Shown here: positions 1-9,425 of the stretch, in pieces
Numbering within the stretch: position 1 is the stretch's first letter
How the letters are laid out: the number at the start of each line of letters is the position of its first letter
From: an uncultured delta proteobacterium
Lineage (GTDB): Bacteria; Desulfobacterota; Syntrophia; Syntrophales; Fen-1087
Assembly (NCBI GenBank): GCA_963743175.1
Contig: CAVUOQ010000015.1
Location: 8,220-72,219, forward strand
DNA: 64,000 bases
Direction of reading: 5' to 3'
The notes under the pieces: generated by a model
Database searches by the model: none
What the model saw: only the letters and a program-made list of their open reading frames with translations
Told to the model about the DNA's origin: nothing
Position numbers and translations under genes: made by a program

Positions 1-2
1 CG

Positions 3-836
3 TATGAAAAGATGGCATTGGCGGCCGCGATGCGCAACGCGCCACAGCGTGGACTGGCCTTCTGTCCCGGCTGTCCCCACCGGGCGTCCTACTGGAGCAT
101 CCGGAATGCCCTGAAGCTCGATGATCGCCAGGGCTTTGTCTGCGGGGATATCGGCTGTTATACGCTGGATATTTTTCCGGGCGGCGCCAATACGCTCAAA
201 ACCCTTCATTCCATGGGTTCCGGAACGGGCGTTGCCAGCGGGTTCGGAAAGCTGGCGCCCTTCGGCTTTGATAAGCCCGTGCTGGCTGTCTGCGGCGATT
301 CGACGTTCTTTCACTCCGCCATGCCCGCCCTGGTCAATGCCATTCATCACCGCGCAAACATCACGATGGTGATTCTTGATAACAGCGGCACGGCGATGAC
401 GGGATTTCAATCCCATCCCGGCCTCCGGATCAACGCGATGGGGCAGGAGTCGCCCGATTTGGACATTGCAGCAATCTGCCGGGCGATGGGGGCCAGAGTA
501 GAGGTGTGCGATCCTTTCGACCTCGCGCAGACACAGAAAACGCTCAACGGGCTGATGGAGAATCAGGACGGGGTCAATGTCCTGATCCTGCGTCAGAAAT
601 GCGGTCTTTCGCCGGAAAAGAAGGCCGTTAAAAAATATGACGTCCGTGTGGATGAAACCCTCTGCATCGGCGAGGATTGCGGGTGCAACCGCCTCTGCAC
701 GCGCATCTTGCGTTGTCCCGCACTCGTGTGGGATAAGCAAAAGCGCAAGGCATTTGTGGACGATGTCCTGTGTGCCGGATGCGGCGTCTGCACCGATATC
801 TGCCCCCGTGGGGCCATCCTGAAGGAGGTGGCATGA
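3..836 (+). CDS. iorA: indolepyruvate:ferredoxin oxidoreductase alpha subunit, C-terminal part (5' end lies outside the window)
   Basis: The frame is open to the window edge. It has a TPP-binding region (GDIGCYTL ... GDSTFFHS ... LDNSGTAMTG) and C-terminal Cys clusters (CIGEDCGCNRLC, CAGCGVCTDICP). It is colinear with the full-length paralog at 46008-47813, and its stop overlaps the iorB start (ATGA). Confidence 0.85.
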   Translation, partial: YEKMALAAAMRNAPQRGLAFCPGCPHRASYWSIRNALKLDDRQGFVCGDIGCYTLDIFPGGANTLKTLHSMGSGTGVASGFGKLAPFGFDKPVLAVCGDSTFFHSAMPALVNAIHHRANITMVILDNSGTAMTGFQSHPGLRINAMGQESPDLDIAAICRAMGARVEVCDPFDLAQTQKTLNGLMENQDGVNVLILRQKCGLSPEKKAVKKYDVRVDETLCIGEDCGCNRLCTRILRCPALVWDKQKRKAFVDDVLCAGCGVCTDICPRGAILKEVA

Positions 837-1459
837 TGATGGAAACGTTGCGGCTCCCAAAGGACCCTTATAATATTGTTATTACCGGCGTCGGCGGCCA
901 GGGAAATGTCATGGCCTCCCGCGTGTTGTCCACGATGCTTGCAAACAGAGGGTTCATGACCACCATCGGCGAGACCTTCGGCGCCTCCCAGCGGGGCGGG
1001 GCCGTGATGAGCCACATCCGGGTTTCGTCAAGAGGGACCTGGAGCCCGCAGATCCCGAAGGGAAAGGCCGATGTCGTGATCGCCCTTGAGCCGGCGGAAG
1101 CCATCCGCGTCCTGGCGACCTATGGTCATCCCGGCGTCGTTGTTCTGGCCAATACCAGGCCTGTTTATCCCGTGGCCGTCATTACGGGGGAGTTGAATTA
1201 TCCCTCGGATGAAGAAATCAGAGCATCGCTCGGGGAACTTTCGGCGCAACTCTGGATGATCGACGCGACCGACCAGGCCATCCGGCTGGGGAATCCCATC
1301 TTGGCGAATATCGTGATGCTCGGAGCCCTCGCGTCCCGGGGTGAACTTGCCGTAACCCTCGACGATTTCAAGACGGTCATGCACCAGACCCTTTCAGGAG
1401 ACAAGTTGGATATGAATCTGAAGGCGTTTGCCAGCGGAATGGATACAATCCAAGCATGA
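833..1459 (+). CDS. iorB: indolepyruvate:ferredoxin oxidoreductase beta subunit
   Basis: GVGGQGNVMASRVL N-terminal motif of the 2-oxoacid:Fd oxidoreductase gamma-type domain. ATG 833 follows GAAGGAGG and overlaps the iorA stop. Paralog of 47806-48384. Confidence 0.85.
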   Translation: MMMETLRLPKDPYNIVITGVGGQGNVMASRVLSTMLANRGFMTTIGETFGASQRGGAVMSHIRVSSRGTWSPQIPKGKADVVIALEPAEAIRVLATYGHPGVVVLANTRPVYPVAVITGELNYPSDEEIRASLGELSAQLWMIDATDQAIRLGNPILANIVMLGALASRGELAVTLDDFKTVMHQTLSGDKLDMNLKAFASGMDTIQA

Positions 1460-1466
1460 TGCTCTT

Positions 1467-1610
1467 GTCATAAGTCAAAAATTCCCTCCCCCTCGACGGG
1501 GGAGGGTTCGGGTGGGGGTGGTAAACGTCTGGATTCAATCATGTCTTCCCCTCCCCTTCATCCCCTCCCACAAGGGGAGGGGAAAATTGACTTTTTATGA
1601 AGTCGTCAAC
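1467..1610. repeat. two inverted copies of a GC-rich hairpin (REP-like) intergenic repeat
   Basis: Hairpin CCCTCCCCC-tcgac-GGGGGAGGG at 1484-1506 and hairpin CCCCTCCC-acaag-GGGAGGGG at 1562-1582. The outer modules GTCATAAGTCAAAAATT and TTGACTTTTTATGAAGTCGTCAAC recur at 6631, 27388-27482 and 42091-42155. Confidence 0.8.
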
Positions 1611-1627
1611 CATCACGGAGGTTACCG

Positions 1628-2647
1628 ATGCAGGATGTCATCTATCAACCCGCTGCCGGCCTGGGGGATGCATCCCTTCAGGCCCTGCGGACGCTGCTGG
1701 CGCAATGGACGCATCCTTTCAAGAAGGGGGATCGGATCGGCGTCAAGCTCCACTGGGGTGAAAAGGGGAATCACAGCTTTCTGCCCCCGGTTTTTGCGAA
1801 AGAAATCGTCCGATGGCTTTCAGGGCTCGGCGCCCGCCCCTTTGTTTTTGACACAACGGTGCTTTATTCCGGGAGTCGCCGCACCGGTGAAGACAGCCTG
1901 AAAACCGCCGCCGGACATGGTTACAGCGCAAGCGCGCTCGGTTGCCCGGTCCTTATTGCCGACGGGCTGGACGGCCGCGACACCATCGATATTCCTGCCG
2001 GTTATCGGCATTTCAAAACCGTCCAGGTGGCGCCGGTGTTTGACCGGGCGGAGGGATTCGTCATTTTTTCGCACTTCAAGGGACACATGGCTTCGGGTTT
2101 CGGCGGGGCGATCAAGAATCTTTCCATGGGTTTTGCGTCACGGGCGCAGAAGCAGCGCATGCATGCCGACGCCCGCCCGAAACTCAAAAAGAAAAAATGC
2201 ACACAGTGCGGTCTGTGTGTCGAGGTCTGCCCCACCGGGGCGGCCCGTTTCGCGGATGACGATTATCCGGTTTATGACATGGAAATCTGCATCGGATGCG
2301 CCCAGTGTATCGGCCTGTGTCCGGAGCTGGCCCTGGAAATCTGCTGGAATTCGGACGACGGGGTTTTTCAGGAGAAGCTGGTGGAAACGGCGGCTGCGGT
2401 GTGGCGCAAGATCAAAGGCAGGACGATCCTGATCAATGCCCTGCTGAACATTGCCTCCGAGTGCGACTGCCTGCCCGGCCATCATCCCATGATTGCTGCG
2501 GATAGCGGTTTCATCGGCGGTTACAATCCCGTGACGGTTGACGAGGAGTCGGTCAGAAGGGTGGGCGAGGCGCGCTTCGACAGCACCCATCCCCAGGCGG
2601 GTTGGCGCCGGCAATTCAGTTACAGCCGGGAAATCGGATTTGTTTAG
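1628..2647 (+). CDS. DUF362-family Fe-S protein with an inserted 2x[4Fe-4S] ferredoxin domain
   Basis: DUF362-like blocks (GVKLHWGEKGN, FKGHMASGFGGAIKNLSMG) and two CxxCxxCxxxCP motifs (CTQCGLCVEVCP, CIGCAQCIGLCP). Confidence 0.7.
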   Translation: MQDVIYQPAAGLGDASLQALRTLLAQWTHPFKKGDRIGVKLHWGEKGNHSFLPPVFAKEIVRWLSGLGARPFVFDTTVLYSGSRRTGEDSLKTAAGHGYSASALGCPVLIADGLDGRDTIDIPAGYRHFKTVQVAPVFDRAEGFVIFSHFKGHMASGFGGAIKNLSMGFASRAQKQRMHADARPKLKKKKCTQCGLCVEVCPTGAARFADDDYPVYDMEICIGCAQCIGLCPELALEICWNSDDGVFQEKLVETAAAVWRKIKGRTILINALLNIASECDCLPGHHPMIAADSGFIGGYNPVTVDEESVRRVGEARFDSTHPQAGWRRQFSYSREIGFV

Positions 2648-3588
2648 AAATTATTTTTGCCGCCGCTGCACGAGTGCGCCAGCAGATAGTAAGAGAGATC
2701 GTCAAAAGGGTCCACACAGCAGCGATGCTCACGCAGGACCATGCCACGCTGCTCCAGGCGCTCGATATGCTTCGTAATGAGCGCTCGTTCGCAGAAGTCA
2801 TAGAAGGCGCGGGGTTCCCGCGGCCGCCCGTAGATCAGATACAGGTTGACAATCTCATCAAGGCTTTTCGGGCGATCCAGCGCTTGCTGGAGCCTGCTTT
2901 CCCGCTCATCAATCACCTGTGCATACTGCGCCCAGATTTCGGGCGAGGGCTCTTCAAAAACGCCCTTTTCATGACTGGTTAGCAGGACGTGGGCCGGAAT
3001 CTGCTTGAGACGCTCGATCGAGGTGATCGTTTCTTCGATGCTGGAATGGGCGTCGCCATACCAGGGGCCGAAGCGCGTCAGGTCATAGTCTCCCAGAAAA
3101 AGCACGGCGGGCTCCCGGAAAAAGAAGGCAAGATGGCCGGGGGTATGTCCGGGTGTGGCAATCACATCCACGGTCAGATCCCCCAGGCGGATCTGTTCGC
3201 CACCATTTAGAAAGCCATGAGGCCGGCGCGGCCGGAAGTTGAACTGTTCGAGCATGAACTGGCGCCAGTATTGACGGTGCTCGTCATCCGCAATGCCGTA
3301 CCAGTCCAGCAGGATCTCCAGATCGGACAGGGGAGGGGCGTCGGCCCGGGAAATCCAGAGCGGGACATCCCCGAAGAGATCCAGATACATGAAGTGATCT
3401 TCATGCCAGTGGCTGAGCCAGATCGCTTTGACGCCGTGCCGGTCGCGGATTTCCTCAAGCCGTTTCCGGTCGGAAGCCGGATCGATGAGAATGCCTGCGC
3501 CGTCGATATAAACGGAATGACAAAAGGGATATTTCCCGTTATTCTCGCCGGGGATGAACCAGGCGGCGCCAAAATGTCTTTCTTCCAT
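2644..3588 (-). CDS. MBL-fold metallo-hydrolase
   Basis: HWHEDHF (HxHxDH) motif and ATPGHTPGH. Full-length 314-aa ORF. Confidence 0.8.
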   Translation of the reverse strand: MEERHFGAAWFIPGENNGKYPFCHSVYIDGAGILIDPASDRKRLEEIRDRHGVKAIWLSHWHEDHFMYLDLFGDVPLWISRADAPPLSDLEILLDWYGIADDEHRQYWRQFMLEQFNFRPRRPHGFLNGGEQIRLGDLTVDVIATPGHTPGHLAFFFREPAVLFLGDYDLTRFGPWYGDAHSSIEETITSIERLKQIPAHVLLTSHEKGVFEEPSPEIWAQYAQVIDERESRLQQALDRPKSLDEIVNLYLIYGRPREPRAFYDFCERALITKHIERLEQRGMVLREHRCCVDPFDDLSYYLLAHSCSGGKNNF

Positions 3589-3674
3589 GGATCAATCTCC
3601 TGATCTGAAACGGCGCGGTCAATATAGGGAATCTAAAGCACCCATGTCAAGAGCTAAGAAGCCGTCGTATTTCC

Positions 3675-3703
3675 TTGACCGCCCGACCGAATTCACCTAT
3701 ATT
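3675..3703 (+). promoter_or_regulatory. sigma-70-type promoter upstream of adk
   Basis: TTGACC (3675-3680), 17-bp spacer, TATATT (3698-3703). Confidence 0.5.
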
Positions 3704-3742
3704 GCCGCACCCTGAAACAAGGTATCTTGAAATGTAAAATAA

Positions 3743-3816
3743 GAATATTGCATCACCGCTGAAAAATGGTTCGCATGCGGCGAATCAAGGGTTTTTTGCC
3801 ATTTTTCAAAGGTCTA
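3743..3816 (+). mobile_element. MITE-like element, short copy (both termini present, core deleted)
   Basis: GAATATTGCATCACCGCTGAAAAATGGTTCGCATGCGGCGAATCAAGG ... GCCATTTTTCAAAGGTCTA matches both ends of the 165-bp family. It lies in the adk 5' leader. Confidence 0.7.
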
Positions 3817-3841
3817 AAATATGAAATGGAGGCAATATCAG

Positions 3842-4489
3842 ATGAAAATCATTTTGTTGGGAGCACCCGGGGCAGGGAAGGGCACTGTTGCCAAACTGCT
3901 CACCGAGATGGATGGATCGGTCCAGATTTCCACGGGCGACATTCTGCGCGCCGCGGTCAAGGAAGGGTCTGCGCTGGGCAGGGAAGCGAAGGGTTATATG
4001 GATCGCGGCGATCTTGTTCCGGATGAACTGATCATGAAAATCATGGAAGTCCGCCTGCAGCAGCCGGATTGCCGGAAAGGATTCATTCTGGACGGGTTTC
4101 CACGCACCATTCCCCAGGCCCAAGCCCTGAACAAACTGCTGGAAACACTGAAGATAAAGCTTGATTTTGTCGTCAACCTCGAAGTGCCGACCGATGTCAT
4201 CCTGGATCGCCTGACCACGCGCCGGACCTGCGCCAATCCCGAATGCCAGGAGATTTACAATATCAAGAGCAACCCGCCCACCGCCGACGGAAAATGCAGG
4301 AAATGCGGAACGCCGGTTGTGCAGCGCGACGACGAAACGGAAAGCGCGATTATGAACCGCCTTGATACTTACAACAAAAAGACAGCACCGCTCATCGGCT
4401 TTTACGAGCCGCAGGGTCTTTTGAAAAATTTCCTCTCTCTGAGCAGCAAGGATACAGTTGCACAGATTGGCAAGGCTCTGTCCCGATAA
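3842..4489 (+). CDS. adk: adenylate kinase
   Basis: MKIILLGAPGAGKGT P-loop and a Cys4 lid (CANPEC ... CRKCG). GGAGG lies upstream of ATG 3842. Confidence 0.95.
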   Translation: MKIILLGAPGAGKGTVAKLLTEMDGSVQISTGDILRAAVKEGSALGREAKGYMDRGDLVPDELIMKIMEVRLQQPDCRKGFILDGFPRTIPQAQALNKLLETLKIKLDFVVNLEVPTDVILDRLTTRRTCANPECQEIYNIKSNPPTADGKCRKCGTPVVQRDDETESAIMNRLDTYNKKTAPLIGFYEPQGLLKNFLSLSSKDTVAQIGKALSR

Positions 4490-4493
4490 GTTC

Positions 4494-4661
4494 GAGCACT
4501 TTTGCACAACCGCCGAAAAATGGTTCGCAAGCGGCGAATCAAATGTTTTCCGCCTTTCCAGAGATGACGTTAACGGCATGTCCTGAATCATGACGACGAC
4601 TGGATGTTTTCTTAGCGGAAAAGATTTTTGAACTGCGGCGAAGCCATTTTTCAAAGGTCTC
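4494..4661 (+). mobile_element. MITE-like element, full copy
   Basis: 168 bp. Terminal inverted-repeat blocks are GAAAAATGG/CCATTTTTC, TTCGC/GCGAA and TTTTCCGC/GCGGAAAA. It fills the adk-helicase spacer and ends 5 nt before ATG 4667. Confidence 0.8.
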
Positions 4662-4666
4662 AGGTC

Positions 4667-6634
4667 ATGATTGATTACGACAAGGAACTCAACGAGCAAC
4701 AGCACCGGGTGGTCATGGAGGCGGGGGGACCGCTGCTCGTGATCGCCGGCGCCGGCAGCGGCAAGACCCGGACGCTGACCTTCCGGGTGGCCCGCCTGAT
4801 CGAATCCGGCGTCAGGCCGGAGAAAATCCTGCTTGCGACCTTTACCAACAAGGCTGCCCGGTCGATGCAAGTACGCGTCAACCATCTGATTGCGCAGGAC
4901 ATCGACCGCCTCTGGGGGGGGACGTTTCATCATATCGCCCATCGGATTCTCCGGGCAAATAGCCACCTTCTGGGTTACGAGCGCAATTTTACCATCATGG
5001 ACTCGGAAGACGCCCGGCAGCTCATGAATACCTGCATCTCCGAAGCATCGATCGATCCCGCGGGAGACAAATTCCCCAGAGGGGAGATATTGCGTGATAT
5101 TGCGAGCCTGACGGCGAATACCGAATCTTCCTTGGAACAGATCGTTTTCGGCCGCTATCCCTTTTTCTTTCATCAGATGGAGGGGATCCATTCCGTGATC
5201 TCGGCATATCACCGGCGAAAGAAGGCACTGAATGTCATGGATTTTGACGACCTCCTGCTCAACTGCCAGAGGCTGCTGGTGGAACACCCGGCGGTTTTAC
5301 AGGCTTACGCCGGGCGCTTTGAGCAGATCCTTGTCGATGAATATCAGGATACGAACCTCATCCAGGCGGACATGGTGGACATGCTGGCATCGGTGCATCG
5401 AAACCTGATGGTGGTGGGGGACGATTCGCAAAGCATCTATTCCTTCCGGGGCGCCCATTTTGCCAATATCATAAAATTTCCGGATAAATATCCCGACTGC
5501 AGGATTTTCAAGCTGGAGACCAATTATCGCAGCACACCGGAAATCCTGCACCTGGCCAATCTGAGCATCGTCAACAACGAACAGCAGTATCACAAAGAGC
5601 TGAAAGCGGTGCGAGGCCGGGGGGTGCGTCCTGTCCTGGCGCCGGCGCGCAATGTTCTGCAGCAAGCCGATTTTGTCTGCCAGCGAATTCTCGAACTGAT
5701 GCGGGACGGCGTTGACCTGCACGACATGGCGGTGCTTTACCGGGCGCACTATCATTCCATGGAACTCCAGATGGAAATGACGCGACGCGGGATTCCTTTC
5801 GAGATCCGCTCCGGCATCCGTTTCTTTGAACAGGCCCATATCAAGGATGTAACCTCCTTCATGCGCATCGTCCTGAACCCTTTTGATGAACTGGCCTGGA
5901 GGCGAATCCTCGGGCTTTATCCAAAAGTGGGAAAGGTCACGGCAGAAAAGGTGTGGATGTTCATCAGCAGGCAGGATGAGCCGCTCGCGGCGGTCCTGAC
6001 GGAGTCATTTCCCAAAGCGGCTCCTAAATCGGCACAGCCCGGCCTTCAGAGTTGTCAAGACACTTTTCGGCAAATTCTGGAGGATGCCTCTGCCAGAAAC
6101 AATCCTGCTGAAATGATTGACAAAATTCTGCAAAGCGGCTACCGGGAGTTGCTGCGACAGCGCTTTACAGACAGCGTTTCCCGGTTGGAGGACCTCGATC
6201 AATTCATCCTGTTTGCCGATAAGTTCGGTTCGCTGGAAGAATTTATCAATCAACTGGCCCTGCTGACCAACATGGCCGAGGAAGGCGATGCGGATACGGA
6301 TTCCGGGACGGACAATCGGGTGGTGCTCAGCACAATTCATCAGGCCAAGGGCTTGGAATGGTCCGCTGTCTTTATCATCTGGTGTGCCGAAGGGATGCTG
6401 CCGCTTCAGCGCGCCCTGAAGGAGTTCGATGGAGAAGCGGAGGAAAGGCGTCTGTTTTACGTAGCCGCCACGCGGGCGAAAGACCAGCTCTACCTGTGCT
6501 ATCCCGTCTCTGATTACAGCCGGGGCATGGGTAACCTGCCCCTGAGCCCGTCGCGCTTCATCCGGGAACTCAGCCCGGCTGCCCTCAGAGCGAAAGACCG
6601 CCCCTACGAGCAATGGATGATCGACGAGTATTGA
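4667..6634 (+). CDS. UvrD/PcrA/Rep-family ATP-dependent DNA helicase
   Basis: AGAGSGKT Walker A, VDEYQDTN, TNYRS, IHQAKGLEW and YVAATRAK motifs in the canonical SF1 order. Confidence 0.9.
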   Translation: MIDYDKELNEQQHRVVMEAGGPLLVIAGAGSGKTRTLTFRVARLIESGVRPEKILLATFTNKAARSMQVRVNHLIAQDIDRLWGGTFHHIAHRILRANSHLLGYERNFTIMDSEDARQLMNTCISEASIDPAGDKFPRGEILRDIASLTANTESSLEQIVFGRYPFFFHQMEGIHSVISAYHRRKKALNVMDFDDLLLNCQRLLVEHPAVLQAYAGRFEQILVDEYQDTNLIQADMVDMLASVHRNLMVVGDDSQSIYSFRGAHFANIIKFPDKYPDCRIFKLETNYRSTPEILHLANLSIVNNEQQYHKELKAVRGRGVRPVLAPARNVLQQADFVCQRILELMRDGVDLHDMAVLYRAHYHSMELQMEMTRRGIPFEIRSGIRFFEQAHIKDVTSFMRIVLNPFDELAWRRILGLYPKVGKVTAEKVWMFISRQDEPLAAVLTESFPKAAPKSAQPGLQSCQDTFRQILEDASARNNPAEMIDKILQSGYRELLRQRFTDSVSRLEDLDQFILFADKFGSLEEFINQLALLTNMAEEGDADTDSGTDNRVVLSTIHQAKGLEWSAVFIIWCAEGMLPLQRALKEFDGEAEERRLFYVAATRAKDQLYLCYPVSDYSRGMGNLPLSPSRFIRELSPAALRAKDRPYEQWMIDEY

Positions 6635-6720
6635 CGACTTCGTAAAAAGTCCGGATGCTGTGTTGCGCCGCATCTTTCGTCATTGCGGCGTACGTGCCAG
6701 TACGCCTCATTCCTCGTTCG
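6631..6720. repeat. REP-like hairpin repeat sharing its terminal module with the 1467-1610 repeat
   Basis: TTGACGACTTCGTAAAAAGTCC is the reverse complement of 1587-1610 with 1-2 mismatches. It is followed by hairpins GATGC..GCATC and GGCGTAC-gtgcca-GTACGCC. The helicase stop codon lies inside the module. Confidence 0.65.
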
Positions 6721-6844
6721 GTATATGAGAGCACATGGTGACACGCCATTCCAAAGCAGGGAACCTCCGGTCGCTTTTTACATACCAGTGGCAGCGCTGG
6801 TATGTGTCAGAAATCTTCAATCGCTGGATTGTCAGTGTCAGTCA

Positions 6845-6891
6845 GAAAATAGAAAAGGGGGCAATCGCTGTCAAAAGCGGTACGGCCCCCT
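6845..6891 (-). terminator. intrinsic terminator after the Cache-like gene
   Basis: Stem AGGGGGC (6856-6862) / GCCCCCT (6885-6891), followed on the minus strand by TTTTCTATTTT. Confidence 0.55.
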
Positions 6892-6915
6892 CTACCTATT
6901 TTAATCTTTGAGGAT

Positions 6916-7368
6916 TTATTTATAGAATCCGCAGCCCAGAACCACGCTGCCGACTTTTTCAAGGTATGAGGATTTCTGCTCAACCTTTTTGGTTTTTGGG
7001 CTCATCCATTTGTAGTCGACAGATCCCTTACCTTTTGTCTTACCGATATCTACCATTTCTTTCATAAACAGTTTCCCGTCAGCATCTTTCGTTCCCATCA
7101 TATCTTTCCCGATCAATGCGGCATTTGCACCGTGAGCAATAATTTTTCCGCTCATATCCAAGGCGAAAATGTAAAGATCCTTGCTAACAAAATTTCCTTT
7201 GGGATCATTGAAGGCGGCAAAGGCTTTCGCCTGGCCGTTTGCTTTGTAATAGGCAACGGCTTTACTAAGCAGGGATTTCGCCTCTGCTGCGGTACCCATA
7301 TCCTGAGCATATGCTGAACTTGCAACCAGAAAAAGAATGAATATCCCTACAAAAACTTTCCTCATCAT
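6916..7368 (-). CDS. secreted single-Cache-like domain protein
   Basis: N-terminal signal peptide (FILFLVASSAYA), then a 130-aa domain with the Cache/PDC-like pattern (DLYIFALDMSGKIIAHG ... YKW). Confidence 0.6.
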   Translation of the reverse strand: MMRKVFVGIFILFLVASSAYAQDMGTAAEAKSLLSKAVAYYKANGQAKAFAAFNDPKGNFVSKDLYIFALDMSGKIIAHGANAALIGKDMMGTKDADGKLFMKEMVDIGKTKGKGSVDYKWMSPKTKKVEQKSSYLEKVGSVVLGCGFYK

Positions 7369-7626
7369 ATTCCCCCCTTTTTATTGATCTTGATATGCTG
7401 CTTATTTTGGAATGGTTATTCTTGCATACCTCCCAACTAACTTCTCTATCCGCGACCTGCGACGATCACCTCCTTCCAGAGATTCTATAAGAATCTTACT
7501 ATTGGTTCATGATTATAGGCATAATTCAAATATAAATCAAGTTTTGCAGGGCCATCAGATGTTTCTTACTATAGGATTACCATTTGAGAGGATCTTATTT
7601 CTCGACTTTTTACGAGTGCGTCAGTA

Positions 7627-9015
7627 TCAGGCGCCATCGTCCTTACCGGCTACCCCATCACCTTCCGGCGCGTCAACAAGGGACAGCAAGACCGCAGCCT
7701 CACCGGAGGGAAGCTCCTGCACGTCCTTGAGTTTCCTTCCGACGGCCCTTGACCTCACCTTGGCCTTCTCGATGGTGTCTGACGCCTGATGCAGTTTCTT
7801 CTGGACGGCGTCCAGAAAATCACCATACTTCGTCCACTCGGCTTTTACTGCGGCAAGGAGGTTCCATACCTCGCTGGAACGCTGCTGGATGGCAAGGGTC
7901 CGAAAACCCATCTGGAGGCTGTTCAGAAGCGACCACAGCGTGGTCGGGCCGGCAATCACCACACGGCACTCCCGCTGGATGGCATCGGTCAAACCGGTCC
8001 TGCGGATCACTTCCGCAAAGAGACCCTCTATCGGCAGGAACAGAATGCCGAAGTCCGTCGTCTTCGGCGGGTTCAGGTATTTGCCGCAGATGTCCCCGGC
8101 ACAGGCCTTGACACGGTTCTCCAGCTGTTTTCCCGCCGCGTCAACGCCTTCGCTGTCGGCCCTTTCCTGGGCATCGATCAGGCGTTGATAGTCTTCGACG
8201 GGGAACTTGGCGTCGATCGGGAGCCAGACAGCCTCATCCTCGTCAGCGCCCTGTCCCGGCAATTTGATCGCAAACTCAACGCGCTCGCCGCCATCCTTCG
8301 TGGCCACATTGGCGGCGAACTGATCGGGATGGAGCACCTGTTCCAGCAGCGCCCCGAGCTGCACCTCACCCCACGTCCCGCGCGTCTTGACATTCGTGAG
8401 TACCTTTTTAAGATCGCCGACACCCGTGGCAAGCGTTTGCATCTCCCCAAGCCCCCTGTGCACAAGTTCCAGACGTTCGCTGACTTGCCTGAAGGATTCG
8501 CCCAGGCGCTTTTCCAGTGTTCCCTGAAGTTTCTCGTCCACGGTCTGACGCATCTGTTCAAGCTGCCTGGCGTTGTCGAGTTGCATGCTCTGGAGTTTAT
8601 CTTCCACCGTGGCCCTGAGAGCCTCCAGTTTCTTCTCGTTTGAGTCCGAAAGCTTCCCGATTGCGTTTGACAGGGCTTCAAGCTGGGTTTTCTGAAGGTT
8701 TGCCAACTCGCCCATTGTCCTGGCCATCGTTTCGGAGATGCTCTTGAGAGTCGTCACGACTTCTTCGCGCAGTTGTTTGGCGCCCGTGGCAAGTTCCTGC
8801 CGCTGTTCTCTTGCCGTCTTGCCCGTTTCGTCCCGGCTTAAGGCCAATTCTTCTCTGAGTGCATGCGCGATACGTTCCTGTGTTTTTTCAAAAGCATCCA
8901 GACGGGAAGCAGGCAGAGCGGCATCGGCTTGAAATGAATTCCGTAAGACGACGACAAGCAGAACCGCCACGGCTACAAGCAGGGCGAGGATCACAAACAG
9001 CAAAATATTCGTCAT
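7627..9015 (-). CDS. rmuC: DNA recombination protein RmuC
   Basis: N-terminal TM helix, long coiled-coil and C-terminal RmuC nuclease-like domain (WGEVQL ... LPIDAKFP ... FLPIEGLF). ATG 9015 is preceded by AGGGAGGGG. Confidence 0.85.
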   Translation of the reverse strand: MTNILLFVILALLVAVAVLLVVVLRNSFQADAALPASRLDAFEKTQERIAHALREELALSRDETGKTAREQRQELATGAKQLREEVVTTLKSISETMARTMGELANLQKTQLEALSNAIGKLSDSNEKKLEALRATVEDKLQSMQLDNARQLEQMRQTVDEKLQGTLEKRLGESFRQVSERLELVHRGLGEMQTLATGVGDLKKVLTNVKTRGTWGEVQLGALLEQVLHPDQFAANVATKDGGERVEFAIKLPGQGADEDEAVWLPIDAKFPVEDYQRLIDAQERADSEGVDAAGKQLENRVKACAGDICGKYLNPPKTTDFGILFLPIEGLFAEVIRRTGLTDAIQRECRVVIAGPTTLWSLLNSLQMGFRTLAIQQRSSEVWNLLAAVKAEWTKYGDFLDAVQKKLHQASDTIEKAKVRSRAVGRKLKDVQELPSGEAAVLLSLVDAPEGDGVAGKDDGA

Positions 9016-9244
9016 GAATAACCCCTCCCTTGTCTTCGAAAGAATGTTATTGCTCCTGCCATCAAGCAGATAAAATGTCATACCGGGCTTGATCCGGCAT
9101 CCAGCCCCGTACTGGAAACCCGCTTTCGCGGGAAAGACAACTTAGGCCTATTCTATTGCGGGACTAATAACGTATTTCAGGAAAATAAAAAAGAAAAAAG
9201 GCGTGATGCGGCTTAAGCATGATTGCTGATGAATCATGGTCTGG

Positions 9245-9408
9245 GAGCTTTGCATAACCGGTGAAAAATGGTTCGCAAGCGGTGAATTAAAGATTTTTCG
9301 ACTTTCCAGAAATTAGATTAATTTATTGATTTCAATCATATTTAAGCTTTATCATCTCTTTAGCGAAAAAGATTTTGAGCCGCGGCGAAGCCATTTTTCA
9401 AAGGTCTC
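9245..9408 (+). mobile_element. MITE-like element, full copy (AT-rich core variant)
   Basis: 164 bp with the same termini as 4494-4661. It is flanked by the direct repeat GGTCTGG (9238-9244 and 9409-9415). Confidence 0.8.
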
Positions 9409-9425
9409 GGTCTGGAAGTCGAGCA

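Noticed and set aside
3-1459. The first iorAB pair as an assembly duplicate of 46008-48384
   Set aside because: The protein sequences differ throughout (different residues in most positions outside the cofactor motifs) and the flanking genes differ.
1428-1901. 157-aa ORF crossing the iorB-DUF362 spacer
   Set aside because: Its translation is dominated by the poly-C/poly-G repeat (PPPRRGRVRVGVV ... LPLPFIPSHKGRGK) and then overlaps the DUF362 gene out of frame.
4514-4535. Sigma-54 promoter (-24 GG / -12 GC) inside the element terminus AAAAATGGTTCGCAAGCGGCG
   Set aside because: The GG-to-GC spacing and the -12 TTGC element do not fit TGGCAC-N5-TTGC in any copy. The resemblance is limited to TGG...GC.
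3806-5287. 493-aa ORF on the minus strand spanning adk, a MITE copy and the 5' end of the helicase gene
   Set aside because: It is antisense to two well-supported genes and runs through a non-coding repeat. The composition is low-complexity and Arg/Gly/Pro-rich, typical of shadow ORFs in GC-rich DNA, with no recognisable motif.
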